Origin: Marsupella aquatica
Taxonomy: Eukaryota; Plantae; Marchantiophyta
NCBI GenBank assembly: GCA_973895155.1
Contig: OZ316898.1
Span: forward strand, 19,293,292-19,357,291
Reading direction: 5' to 3'
DNA length: 64,000 nt
Shown: positions 25,871 to 36,639 of the stretch, in pieces
How the letters are laid out: each line of letters begins with the position of its first letter
Numbering within the stretch: the stretch's first letter is position 1
Notes under the pieces: generated by a model
The model's database searches: none
What the model was told of the DNA's origin: nothing
Seen by the model: only the letters and a program-made list of their open reading frames with translations
Position numbers and translations under genes: made by a program

Positions 25871-26191
25871 CCACGCAAAACGTTGATCCTACCTAGAACC
25901 CCCACAAAATACGACAGACCAAACCTAAAGCACGGAAATTGGTTTTACAAATAGAATACACGCATGTCAATATATTCTAATTAATTAGCATAAGATAACC
26001 CTAATGTTCATAGTGGCGGCGCGAAGGTGCAAGGCCCAATTTTCACCTCTAACTACAAGGTACCGTTGTCGTGATTTTCTCTTAAGTTATAAAAAATTAT
26101 TTGTTTTAATATGCTATAGATTATATAAGTAATTTAGTAGTTAGATTATTAAATTTAGATTTTATTAAAACTCTTTAGCTATATTAACGGA

Positions 26192-26402
26192 CTATAGTAG
26201 TTCCACCAATGCATATGAGTAGCACCAACTACAATAATATTCACCAACGCATAGTAGTTCTACCAACGCACAGTAGGTCCATCAGCGCATAGTAGTTTTA
26301 CTAACGCACAGTAGTTTTACCAATGCACAGTAGGTCCACCAACGCATAGTAGTTCCACCAACGCATGGTAGTTCCACCTACTAAAAGTAGTTTCACCAAC
26401 TA
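26192..26402. repeat. Minisatellite, ~20-bp unit (ACCAACGCATAGTAGTTCC-like)
   Basis: About 9 degenerate head-to-tail copies. Confidence 0.8.
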
Positions 26403-28227
26403 TGAACAGTACTAGCACACTCTTTGGTATTAGATGTTTGACACTTGGCCTTCATCCAAGTGCTTGGGCTTGATCCATGCCCCCTGGGGAATCACTCGTT
26501 GGATTATTAGAACGGGGTGCGAACTAATGAAGGTTCTTTTTAATCTTGTTGGTGTAATAATTATAATCAAAAATTTGTACTAAAGGCGTTTAAAAATCTA
26601 ATTTTGGGTAAAAATATTAGTTTTTATATTCAGCAAGGTATTTAAAAATTTGTCAAAGCCATATAATCAAGGGTACAAGGGTATTTTTAATTGAATTTAT
26701 TTTTTATTTTATTTTTTCAAATTTCATTGGTTTGTTCTCACGTGTTTTAGGGGTTTTACTCTAAGTGATTCCCCAGGGTCCATGCCCTCTTGGTGTGCAC
26801 TATAAATAAAGTGGTGAGGGGCACTCTCCTCTCATTCCGCAGTGTTTATCATTCAAGGTTGTAAAGCTCTTTTGTGTCTTGAACATAGTAGTGGGGCGTC
26901 CTTTGGCCCGGATAGCAAAGGAATGAGTGGTAGACTTATAGATGGGACCTGAGGGAATAAGGTTTCTTTGGGAATATAGGGGTGGGGCGTCCTTTGGCCC
27001 GGATAGCAAAGGAATAGGAGAGCCATCATGAATCCAGGAGAGAGAGTTATCCCTGATCTTCCCCTTCGTAATACGTTTTTGATTAGAGTCCATCTTTTAG
27101 ACAAACCATCTATGAGACAACATCTAACCTATCATTTTGGAGCTCAATTTGCAACTGTTGTTATGGTTTCTAACGAGTCAATAATATACCCAGTGGTGTC
27201 GTACTGAGAGGAGTGGGAGTGCATCATCTTTGTCCTTTATTGAAGTCATGGATCTGAATAGGAGTCCGGATGATATTCCTGTTTCATTTTCTCTTGGAGA
27301 TATTAGGATCATATGTCGTAAAAAAAACTAATTTTCGTGATGTGTTGGTCCGCAAGTATGGTGAAGTAGGGTTTAACAGTATTTTAGTTTCACCTGAACC
27401 TTTCTTAATACCCACTACCCTTGTTACTAGAATTATCATTTTGATTTTAGTGTAGAACTTATGAGCATGCAAGGTTAACTTCAAAAGAGCCAACATGCTC
27501 TTGCCAGAAAACACGGTCATCCGGACACCGTTGGTAATGGATCTTAGCATGGTCACTATGATTTTTTCCTGGTTACTGCGTGGTTGAATGGGTACTGTGA
27601 AAGTCATCCAATAAGGCTGAAAACTGTGCAGTATGGCCTTTACACGGGGGAAACTGCCTTACACGGGAGAAAACGGTACAGGCCATAATGAGGGGGCTGA
27701 TTGGGGCAAAAAAGTTTGGAGGGGGCTGATCAAGTAAAGTTTCTCCTGAAGGGGGTCTATTGAGCATATCCCTCGAAGACTGAGTTTCATTCATTTACTT
27801 AGGTAGGTACATGCATTAATTTCATATCTTTACCTCTTATCACCTTAACTTTCTAAGGTAACATGCTCATGTGGGGTTGCACCATTCTATTGTAAATAAA
27901 GAGTGACTCTGTGTATAAAAATTTGTATCACTCCATTGAAGACTTATTTCATCCATGTTTTGTAGTCCGACAAATAAACTGCAATGTGAGAAATTTGGTT
28001 GTATGTTTTGAAAAAGAAAAGAATTAAATTAATGAAACAAATCACCTACACTTTTCCAAAAAATAGGTCTCATTCTATTGTGAAATATCTGCAAATTGTT
28101 GAAAGTTTTTCCTTAGTCAGAAGCATTTATAATCACATGAATAAATAATCTCATATGGAAAAGAATATAGTAGAAGATTAAGTTAGGTATATACCTATTA
28201 AGTGCCAATTTGATCACTTAGATGAGT

Positions 28228-28572
28228 TTAATGCATACCAGCAAGTGAGTCTAGATGATACATTTTGATCAAGGATTGGGTTTGATCCAAACATATGACA
28301 ACCAAACTCCAATGCCCGCTCATGTGAATTGGCATAAGAATAATCTCAATCTTAGAAAATGGTGGCTTGTAATAACCTCGCATCTTCTGTATTGATTCTT
28401 CCAAAGATTCATGTGTTGATTCTATTTCAATCCTTGAAACCATCCAAGGGCAAAAAAAGGAGGATGATGTGTTTATCATCAGAGCAAGATCTCCATGTTC
28501 CTTGGTTTGAGACTTTGGGTAAAATTCCATAATTTTGTCACCCAAATATTGGTCAGGTTCAAGTTGTTCCAA
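28228..28572 (-). pseudogene. Ulp1/C48 SUMO-protease fragment (transposon-associated)
   Basis: YLGDKIMEFY and IILMPIHMSGHWSLVVIC..MYHLDSL carry the His and Asp motifs of Ulp1. The catalytic Cys motif was not seen. Confidence 0.75.
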
Positions 28573-28827
28573 TGTTTTTTTATTGAGAAGTTAGATGACC
28601 AATATAAGGATTCTGCAAGAATCATCATGAAGAACATATTTCAATTCAATAGCCTCCTTTGATGGATCACATTATTGTCATGAATATAAGAACATATTAA
28701 TTTCATTCAATATTTCCAGAAGTTCATATACAAATTGGGGCAATATCTTTTCCAGCAAACTAATCTCAAAGTAATCTCTACTCCTTAAAGAATGAGCCAA
28801 GATCAAGTGGTGGAGTTTCTGTTTCCT

Positions 28828-28858
<31 letters not shown>

Positions 28859-29534
28859 ATCATCATTCTCAGCTGCAATTGTAATGATGCAGGTTTTGGT
28901 GGCGAGAGTGATACCACCAATTGGTGGTTGTATCTCAAAACTCATCGGCCCTGTAGACTAAAGTCTTGGTTGATTGTGATGTTTTTGCAGAACTAAATAA
29001 GCAGGATTTGGGAGTGAAGCTGCTGAACCTGTCAATGTCTTTACAGTTTTTACAGATTGAACTGGTGGTCCTAGGATGTGACACGCAAAGATAAAGTTTT
29101 TAGTGTCACTCTGAGTAAACATAGAGACGTGAATTGTGATATGATTTTGATTGCTAATTTTGTGGTTGTTGCACCAACATTGAGCTCAAAATTTTCAGGT
29201 CATTTAATTGCTTCTACATTTGTTACTATATGCATGCTATATATGCTCCTTTTTATGAATTCAATTCATTGATGCCTTGTGAAGTCAATCAATGCGCTGT
29301 GTACTAACTAAAGAATTCAAATTGTCGTTTAAGTAGCATTGTGTAAATTGCCTGAAATAAACTACCTAAGTGCTCACATCAAAAAAGCAATTTCACAAAA
29401 ATAACACCATGGCAAGGAAATGCTCAAATCTAACACGTGGTTATTTCCAAAAACAAATTGGCAAAATAACAACAAAGTATTGTTTAAGTCCCACTTGATA
29501 TATTTGCAAAACTAAGACAATATTTTTAAAAATA

Positions 29535-30141
29535 GCACCCAGATAGCACCCAAAACCATTGGTTCACCTTACAAAAGTTTAGTTAAAACTATGCTTGGAG
29601 AAATACTTTCAAGTATTAGTACTTCAAAAAATTGAGAAGGAATAACTATAGAGAGTGAATATTACTTACCTTAAGTACTATGTACCTTGCACAAGTATTT
29701 CAAAACATGAATAAAATTAATATGGGAGTGACAAGAGCTAAATATTTAATATATATACATTATATACTTAACTTTAAGCCATAGGGAATAACTATAGAGA
29801 GTAAATATTACTTACCTTCAGTACTATGTACCTTACTATGTACCTTGCACAAGTATTTCAAAACTTGAATAAAATCAATATGGGAGTGACAAGAGTTAAT
29901 TATTTAATATGTATGTTGTATACTTAATTTTAAGCCAGAGTACACTGAAAATTAGTTGTATTATTACTATATTACAATTAAAAGTGGGTAAAATAATACA
30001 CAGGTCATGAGAAAGGGTTCATGAGAAAGGGTTGCAGGGACAACTGGCCCATTAAGTTTGTTTGAAAAGTGAGGGGCTTTGAAAAGTGAGGGGCTAGTCA
30101 GGAATATCTTTACCTGGACTGGCCAATAAAGTATTTTTCTG
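29535..30141. repeat. Orphan TIR-like copy of the family bounding 44163-56942
   Basis: Direct similarity to 56560-56942 (AATAGCACCCAAA.CCATTGGTTCA; CAGGTC.TG.GAAAGGGTT; ending AAGTATTTTTCTG). No partner was found upstream. Confidence 0.65.
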
Positions 30142-31739
30142 GGTGAAAGAGCCCCCAATAAATACTAATTTTCTGGGTGAAAGTGCCCGCAATAAATGGT
30201 AAAGTGAACGTGCCCCAAAATAATTGCTAAAGTGAATAGCACAGTGAGTGAGGGTGAAAGTGCCCCCCATAAATGGTAAAGTGAACAACACAGTTCTCCC
30301 CAATGGATGGCCTCGATCAGATCTTGAAGGCAAAAGAAAATGAGAAACCGCCACCCTTACATTTAATGTCTGGTGCACCATGATGGATTCGGAGATTCAC
30401 ACTCCGTATAAATTACGAAGAGAGTAGACAGCTAGGAGTATCTGGTTTCGAATTGAATCTAGGAGAAGGAGCTCCAGTAGTGGAGATAGCTAGGACTATC
30501 TGGTTTCGAATTGAATCAAGGAGAAGGAGGCCGAGAAGTGCATCGTTGTTTGTCTGCAGCGCTCGACCTAGAGCTCAAGAGATTTGATCGTTCAAAGCAG
30601 GTAGGATTCAATGGAAAATTGTTGGCTTTTTCGTGGTTGGTTTGCATTCATGAGCGCCAATTTGTGTCACCTGTCTGCGTCCTCGTCCCTCCATCATGTA
30701 CCTCTGTATACGTCCTAGCTCCAAACCAAGCTAGCCAGACAGAGACGGTCCTTTCTGGATTTCCTTTCCTGGGACTTCGGTCTGCGACCAGCCTTTGTCT
30801 GAGGCAAAAGTACAATCATTGTGTTGCGCAAGAGATCAAGAGCTCCATTGAATGTTGTTTTGGGTTGCTTTTAGTATTTGCTCGATTGGAAGCTGACCCA
30901 GGCAGTCGTCGGATTCTCTTCCTCCACTATGTAGGTACATGGTTATGAATGTCTCATGCTTAATTTCTTGTCTGAGGATAATGCCGTTAGAATCATGAGC
31001 TAGAAAATTTATTTTCTAAATTTAATGTCCATACGATTTCATGGAGTTTCAGTAAGTGTCTGTTCCTCTCTCCGTTCGTCACACTATGTAGCCTAGTATT
31101 TTTTGTGTTCATGTTATGGGGTCTAAATTCCAGAGAGGAAGACCGCTCTCCTGGCAATACGTCATCCATATCCCTTGCGGCTTTTGCATGCGAACAACGG
31201 ACAAAGATTTCTATTGGTCTTGAGATTGGTCTTTGCATGTCTGAGATGTTTTACTTCCTTGAGTGCGTCGATCCCGTAAACTTTGTCGTAGTAGAATGCG
31301 TGGCAGTCCTGCGGTAAGCTCTCAGAAAGTCTTTGGCGAATAAGTCTGTTGATCAAGGTATCATTTACCTCAAAGCCAGTAAAAATAATCTAGTGCCACC
31401 ATGGTTTAATTAGTACCTTTGCGGTTTTTGTCTTCGTGACTTCGCAACTAGACGAATTCCAGAGTATAGAACGATGTTGATTAGAGTTATATTCCCTTAG
31501 TTTTAGTGAAAACGGTGACTGTGAGCTCGATTGTCCTAATACAATGTTCTCAAAGTTCTGGATTCCAGTTGATACATAACAATCACAAAATTCGACAGAA
31601 TTTGAACGTACTATCAGTACCGTTGATTAGATTGACAACTTACGTTCCTGCCTGGATCGAGCAGGTCTCGCTCTGGAGTCGGTGTAGAAGATCGAATGCA
31701 ACAGTGCAGCAGCAAGCACGTGCATCAACAGAAAAAAGG

Positions 31740-33440
31740 ATGGTGTCGAAACAGGTGTGCATTGCAGTCTGCTTCGCGGTGGTCCTTATCTCAACAAAGC
31801 TTGTCTTTGTTGAGGGAGTTCCCATTCTAGGCCCAGACTTGAGCAGTTGTACGCCAACCATTCCTCCTAAGAGAACTGCTGCGGAGGCAGTAGAGTGCTG
31901 TATCGTTGGTACCACCACGCCAATCAAGGACTTCAAATTTAATTTGGACCTCCCTATCCGAGTTCGCAGACCTGCCCACAAGTTAGATGATGGAGAGGTC
32001 CGTAAGTATGAGCGAGCAGTGGCGCTCATGAAAGCTCTCCCGCCAGAAGATGGGCGCTCCTTCCAAGCACAGGCAAATCTCCATTGTGCCTACTGTGGAC
32101 AAGCGTACAAGAGATTCAATGCTTCCAGCCCTCTCAATGTGCACGCCAGTTGGCTTGTAGTTCCATTCCACCGCTGGTACTTGTATTTCTACGAGCGGAT
32201 TCTCGGAAGCCTAATAGGGGATGACACCCTCGCCGTTCCATACTGGGCATGGGACGTGCAGAATGAGAACCACCCACCAGCCAACGTGATTCCAGCCATG
32301 TTCACCAACAAGAATTATAGCCTTTACAGTAAGAGTCGCTCAAAAATTCACCAGCCTCCTATCAGGGCCAATTTAGAACATTCAAGTGCAGCAGGAGTTA
32401 AGGATCCCGATGTGCAGTTGCAAGATAACTATTATCACTTGTGGCGGACAATGAAAGGCCAAGTCCGAACTGCCGAGGGATTCTATGGTCAAGAAGGTTC
32501 TCTAGAGCCAGGGTACGATATGTGGCGTGCAGGGGTGTTTGAAACGGGTCCGCATTCTGCCATCCATACTTGGACTGGGAACCAAGAAAATTTAGCTGGA
32601 GAGGACATGTGTACCTGTTACTCAGCAGCACGGGATCCTATCTTTCACTCGCACCACTCCCAAGTAGACCGTTTGTGGGAGATGTGGCAGAGCTGGGGAG
32701 GGAACAGCTACACCAGATCTGATTGGCTTGATTCCGAGTTCATATTCTATGATGAGAACGGTGACCTCGTGCGTGTGAACGTCCGAGATAGTTTGAACTT
32801 CGACAACTTCAGGGTCACATACGAGCAAGAGGATCCCGACTGGCTACAATTCACTCCGAAATCCATTCGGGATATTGATCCCAAGTATGCCCAAGCCAGC
32901 TTTCCTAGACGGTTCTGGCGCGAAGTGATCACCGGAGGCACCTATCAAACAATCGCCAGGGTGCTCGGAAGCTTTTTCCAGAGAGAAACAAATGGTGTAA
33001 AAGCTGTCCTAGGAGGAGTGAGGAGAGCGGCGGTGACCTCGCGAGTGTCTAGGACCGCGGTGCTCAGGAGCACAGACGACTTGTCAGTGTATGATGAGGT
33101 GATGGTGATAAGTGGAGTCGTAGAAAAGCCCTTCGACGTCACCGTGATGATCAAATTCTTCTTGGAGCTCCCGGAAGCAGACGAGAACACCATTCTGCAT
33201 TGTGTGGAGTATCTCGGTACCGTGGAAGTCGAGGCCGAAGGGCTTGCTGAAGGAATGGACCGGACTGTTGCTCGGAAGTTCAGTAGAACTCTGGGTATCA
33301 GAGACACACTGCAGATTTTAGACATTGTTCACCAAAAATCGCTGGAAGTGACGTTCGTTCCCGCATGGGATCCGAAGCACGACTCTGAGGTCTCAGTTAA
33401 TATTACGGGCCTGACGGTAGAGATGAAGCGGGCAAAATGA
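31740..33440 (+). CDS. PPO: Polyphenol oxidase (type-3 copper tyrosinase family), 566 aa, intronless, N-terminal signal peptide
   Basis: CuA HCAYC..VHASWLVVPFHRWYLYFYERILG; CuB GPHSAIHTWTG..DPIFHSHHSQVDRLW; DWL domain DWLDSEFIFYDENG; C-terminal shielding domain. The ATG at 31740 begins a hydrophobic leader. Confidence 0.95.
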   Translation: MVSKQVCIAVCFAVVLISTKLVFVEGVPILGPDLSSCTPTIPPKRTAAEAVECCIVGTTTPIKDFKFNLDLPIRVRRPAHKLDDGEVRKYERAVALMKALPPEDGRSFQAQANLHCAYCGQAYKRFNASSPLNVHASWLVVPFHRWYLYFYERILGSLIGDDTLAVPYWAWDVQNENHPPANVIPAMFTNKNYSLYSKSRSKIHQPPIRANLEHSSAAGVKDPDVQLQDNYYHLWRTMKGQVRTAEGFYGQEGSLEPGYDMWRAGVFETGPHSAIHTWTGNQENLAGEDMCTCYSAARDPIFHSHHSQVDRLWEMWQSWGGNSYTRSDWLDSEFIFYDENGDLVRVNVRDSLNFDNFRVTYEQEDPDWLQFTPKSIRDIDPKYAQASFPRRFWREVITGGTYQTIARVLGSFFQRETNGVKAVLGGVRRAAVTSRVSRTAVLRSTDDLSVYDEVMVISGVVEKPFDVTVMIKFFLELPEADENTILHCVEYLGTVEVEAEGLAEGMDRTVARKFSRTLGIRDTLQILDIVHQKSLEVTFVPAWDPKHDSEVSVNITGLTVEMKRAK

Positions 33441-35658
33441 TCTTCAATCAATCAGGCCCGGAGTGAACCTTGAAATTGTTCCAAGTTCGAGCTGTATAAT
33501 TAGTGCAATATAGGTTAGCGTTGCTACTACCACCAGAGTTGATCCACAATTCAGATAATGGTTTTGCACTCCGATTCCGACTCGATCGAATTAAAGATTG
33601 CACGTTCGGAGTAACTAGATGCCTGGACCACTAAATGCCTGAACTTCAAGGACCGCCAACATTGGTGAGAATACAAAAGCCCAGAGTTCGAATTGAACAA
33701 CGAGTCGAGGTAGTCGACCAACTAAAGTAATTGGTCAGGCTGGGCGCCAGGGGTGACATGTGACGGTCAGCAAGACTCACGTTCAATTATAGAGCAGAAA
33801 AGTTCTGCATCCCTGACGAGCTGAAATAATTGGTTCAGTGGCCAGCTACTAACGGTGATTTGTAACCATGAGGTCCAAATACTTGTCTTTTGCGTTTCAC
33901 GTGGCTTCTGTTCCGAACTGTCCAGGCGTGTGTGTATTGTATGATAAGACTAAGGCTATTGTAGTGGTTTAGTTGTGAGAATGATATTAAAGTATTATAA
34001 AAGACGGATTTCCCCTTACAAAGAGTTTTTTGTCGCTCAAAGAAAACCCTAAATAATTGCCCACGTCCAGATTCAAAGCAATGCTAAGATGTTCTCAGTG
34101 CAGGACTCACACAGACCTTTTGTCATCTTAAAGACTGATACATTACTTTGTTGATTTATCTAGGCCGTCCTTGCCCATCGTGCCTCGCCCATGCTGCCTG
34201 CCCAATGCCCACTGTAAGACATGCGGATGGGCTGTTTTGTTTTACTTTGATACCTTTTTCTGGCACTTCTTCCAATTCTGTTAATTAGAGGAAGGCACAT
34301 GGCAAAACACACGCACACTCACAACGCAACATAGATCTTTAAGAGGGGGAGGGATTTGGTTCTCTTGGGGAGGGGTTTTGTTTTGTTGCTTGGAATTATT
34401 TCCATCCTATAAAGATAGCGTGTTAGCTATTCACCCTGGCCCCTTCCACTTTGCGGTTGTTTTGTTGCTTGGAATTATTTCCATCCTATAAAGATAGGGT
34501 GTTAGCTATTCACCCTGGCCCCTTCCACTTTGCGTTTGTTTTGGAGGGGATGGGGTCTTTCTCTTTCATTTTTGTTCCTTGTTCTCCCAAGTTATGTATC
34601 CCCTAGCTCCCCACCTGCATATATTGTGCCTTCTCTTTTGTTGTGACCATATTCTTTATCCACAACGTGGAACGAAACACAACACTTGAATTACAACAAT
34701 AACGTTTTCAAAATGACAACACTTTAGTGCAACATCACTTCTGCTGGATGATGATATTCTTTGCAAGCTTTTTGTTTGATTGTACCGCTCAATCTAATAC
34801 TATGCAGCCACAATTCCCGCAAACAACACTTTCTCTTCGACAGGACTTAGTTTGGCTTTGAAAACATTTTGACGTCAGAACACTTTCTCTCAACAACACT
34901 TCCTCGTCCTCTCAATGTTTTCTCTCATGACACTTCCTCTCAATGGCTTCTGGCATGCCACATGCATTGAGCTAGTGTGATACAACTCCACTGCAAAATA
35001 AATAGCAAAAATAGGAGGGCTTTTAGTATAGCTCAAGGTGATTGTTTCCGTCCCATGCTGGAGCTGCAAAGTTGTTTGGGACAAAGTGGCATCATCGACT
35101 GGCATTCAGGGCAGGAGCCGATTCAGTTGCTAAAATGTAACGAGGAACGTCTACGTCTCATTTCCATGTGAATGCAAAGAGATGGAAGACGGCCACTCAT
35201 AGATTTTTCGTTCTCCCTCACCACTCTACCCACTGACAGCTCAGGAAATTAATTGGATCAAGAAAATGAGGCACAGGTTTCATTTCTTGCTTCATTTCCC
35301 AGTCATGAGCGCTGGATTATCCTCTTTATTTCCTTACATTAGACTCGTCCCTCCCTCGGTCCCTCCTCTTCTCACGTCTCTTCGTCAACAAAAACCCTAA
35401 GTAGCCTTTTCCATGACAAATGGTCTAAATTCCACCAGCCTTCTTCACTCAGGGTCGACTTCCAAACTCCATCTCCGGACTATAATAGAGATCCTGATGT
35501 GGTGTTGCACAAACCACTACTGTGCCTTGTGGTGGTCAATGATAGGCCGAGTCCAAGCTCCCGAGCATTTCTATGGGAAAAATTGTCTTCTTAGACGATG
35601 GTGCTCGGGTATTCGAAACTGGTCCGCAGGTATGGACTGGTGACTCAGAAGATCCAAA
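33397..35658 (+). repeat. Segmental/tandem duplication unit, copy 2
   Basis: Matches 1-2197; homology stops abruptly after GAAGATCCAAA (35658). Confidence 0.9.
35387..35658 (+). pseudogene. PPO: Truncated PPO pseudogene fragment
   Basis: Counterpart of 1905-2197; FETGPQVWTGDSEDPN. Confidence 0.75.
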
Positions 35659-36639
35659 CCAATTCCACTTAATTCCCCTGAAATGTCCTTACTACCCCAA
35701 AGTCAGCAATTTTAGGTCTGAAATATTTATCGAGCAGGATATTCTCTGGCTTTATATCCCTGTGTATAATAGATGGTTGTAGCTCCTCGTGAAGATACGA
35801 AAGCCTACTTTACAATTTGGTCAATACAGTTCTCGCAAAAAGCAGCACTTGTGGGTTGTGGAAGAAGCTCAACGCACTGGTTGACAGGTTGGAAAGTGTT
35901 CTGCACTTACAAACTCACACGAATTATACAATGAATGATGTTCTTTAGAGTGAGTCAGTTGGAGAGAGTGACAACTGCAAAGATCTGGAGGGCGATAGTT
36001 TCTCAATCATCAATTTCTGTTTCCTTTTGGATTGTCAGCCTAGCTCCTATATATATGCCATGCATCATGATGGGTGGTTTATGGGATTACAAAGTGTATT
36101 TAATTTCTACCAAGTCAACATAATATGTACTTAGCAGCTCCACTAGGAACTCAAAACTGGTTTAAGAATAATTGAAAAGCCCACATTGGTAGATTAGTAG
36201 CAATAATAGGGAAAATTTACAAACTCACTCAGGTTTAATTTAACTAGACAAGGCTTTTTCACAAACAAATTAAATGAACAGATCCTAACACTCTCTGATG
36301 TACCACGCGCTTAGGACTGAGAAATGTTGCCTGCAAATTGTTGACAACCCATTCCTGAATGTTCCTCACTTCACCAAAACCAAAGAACGAAAAGAAGACA
36401 CATCACACTCGTACCATTGCATGATTGATCGATCTAATCCTCCTTAATTAGGGCAGAAAACTGGCATATTAACTTACAAGGACTCGACTAAATATTCGGC
36501 TGCAAGCAAAGTTCCACGTGAGAAGCAAGTGCGTGTGAGCCAGTCGATCATTAATTGACATATTTTTCTTCAGGCTCACAAGAGAAGCAAGTGCATATGA
36601 GCCAGTCAATCATTGAGAAGCAAACACTGGAGTACACGG

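Larger units (their letters stand above)
14339..27774. mobile_element. Mutator-like element (MULE/MuDR), 13.4 kb
   Basis: ~150-bp TIRs GAGGGATATGCTCAATAGACCCC.. (14339-~14491 / ~27622-27774) and perfect 9-bp TSD GAAGACTGA (14330-14338, 27775-27783). A MURA-like transposase lies inside. Confidence 0.95.

Noticed and set aside
31506-31739. N-terminal extension of PPO from the GTG start in the ORF track
   Set aside because: Non-ATG start; the ATG at 31740 gives a clean signal peptide.
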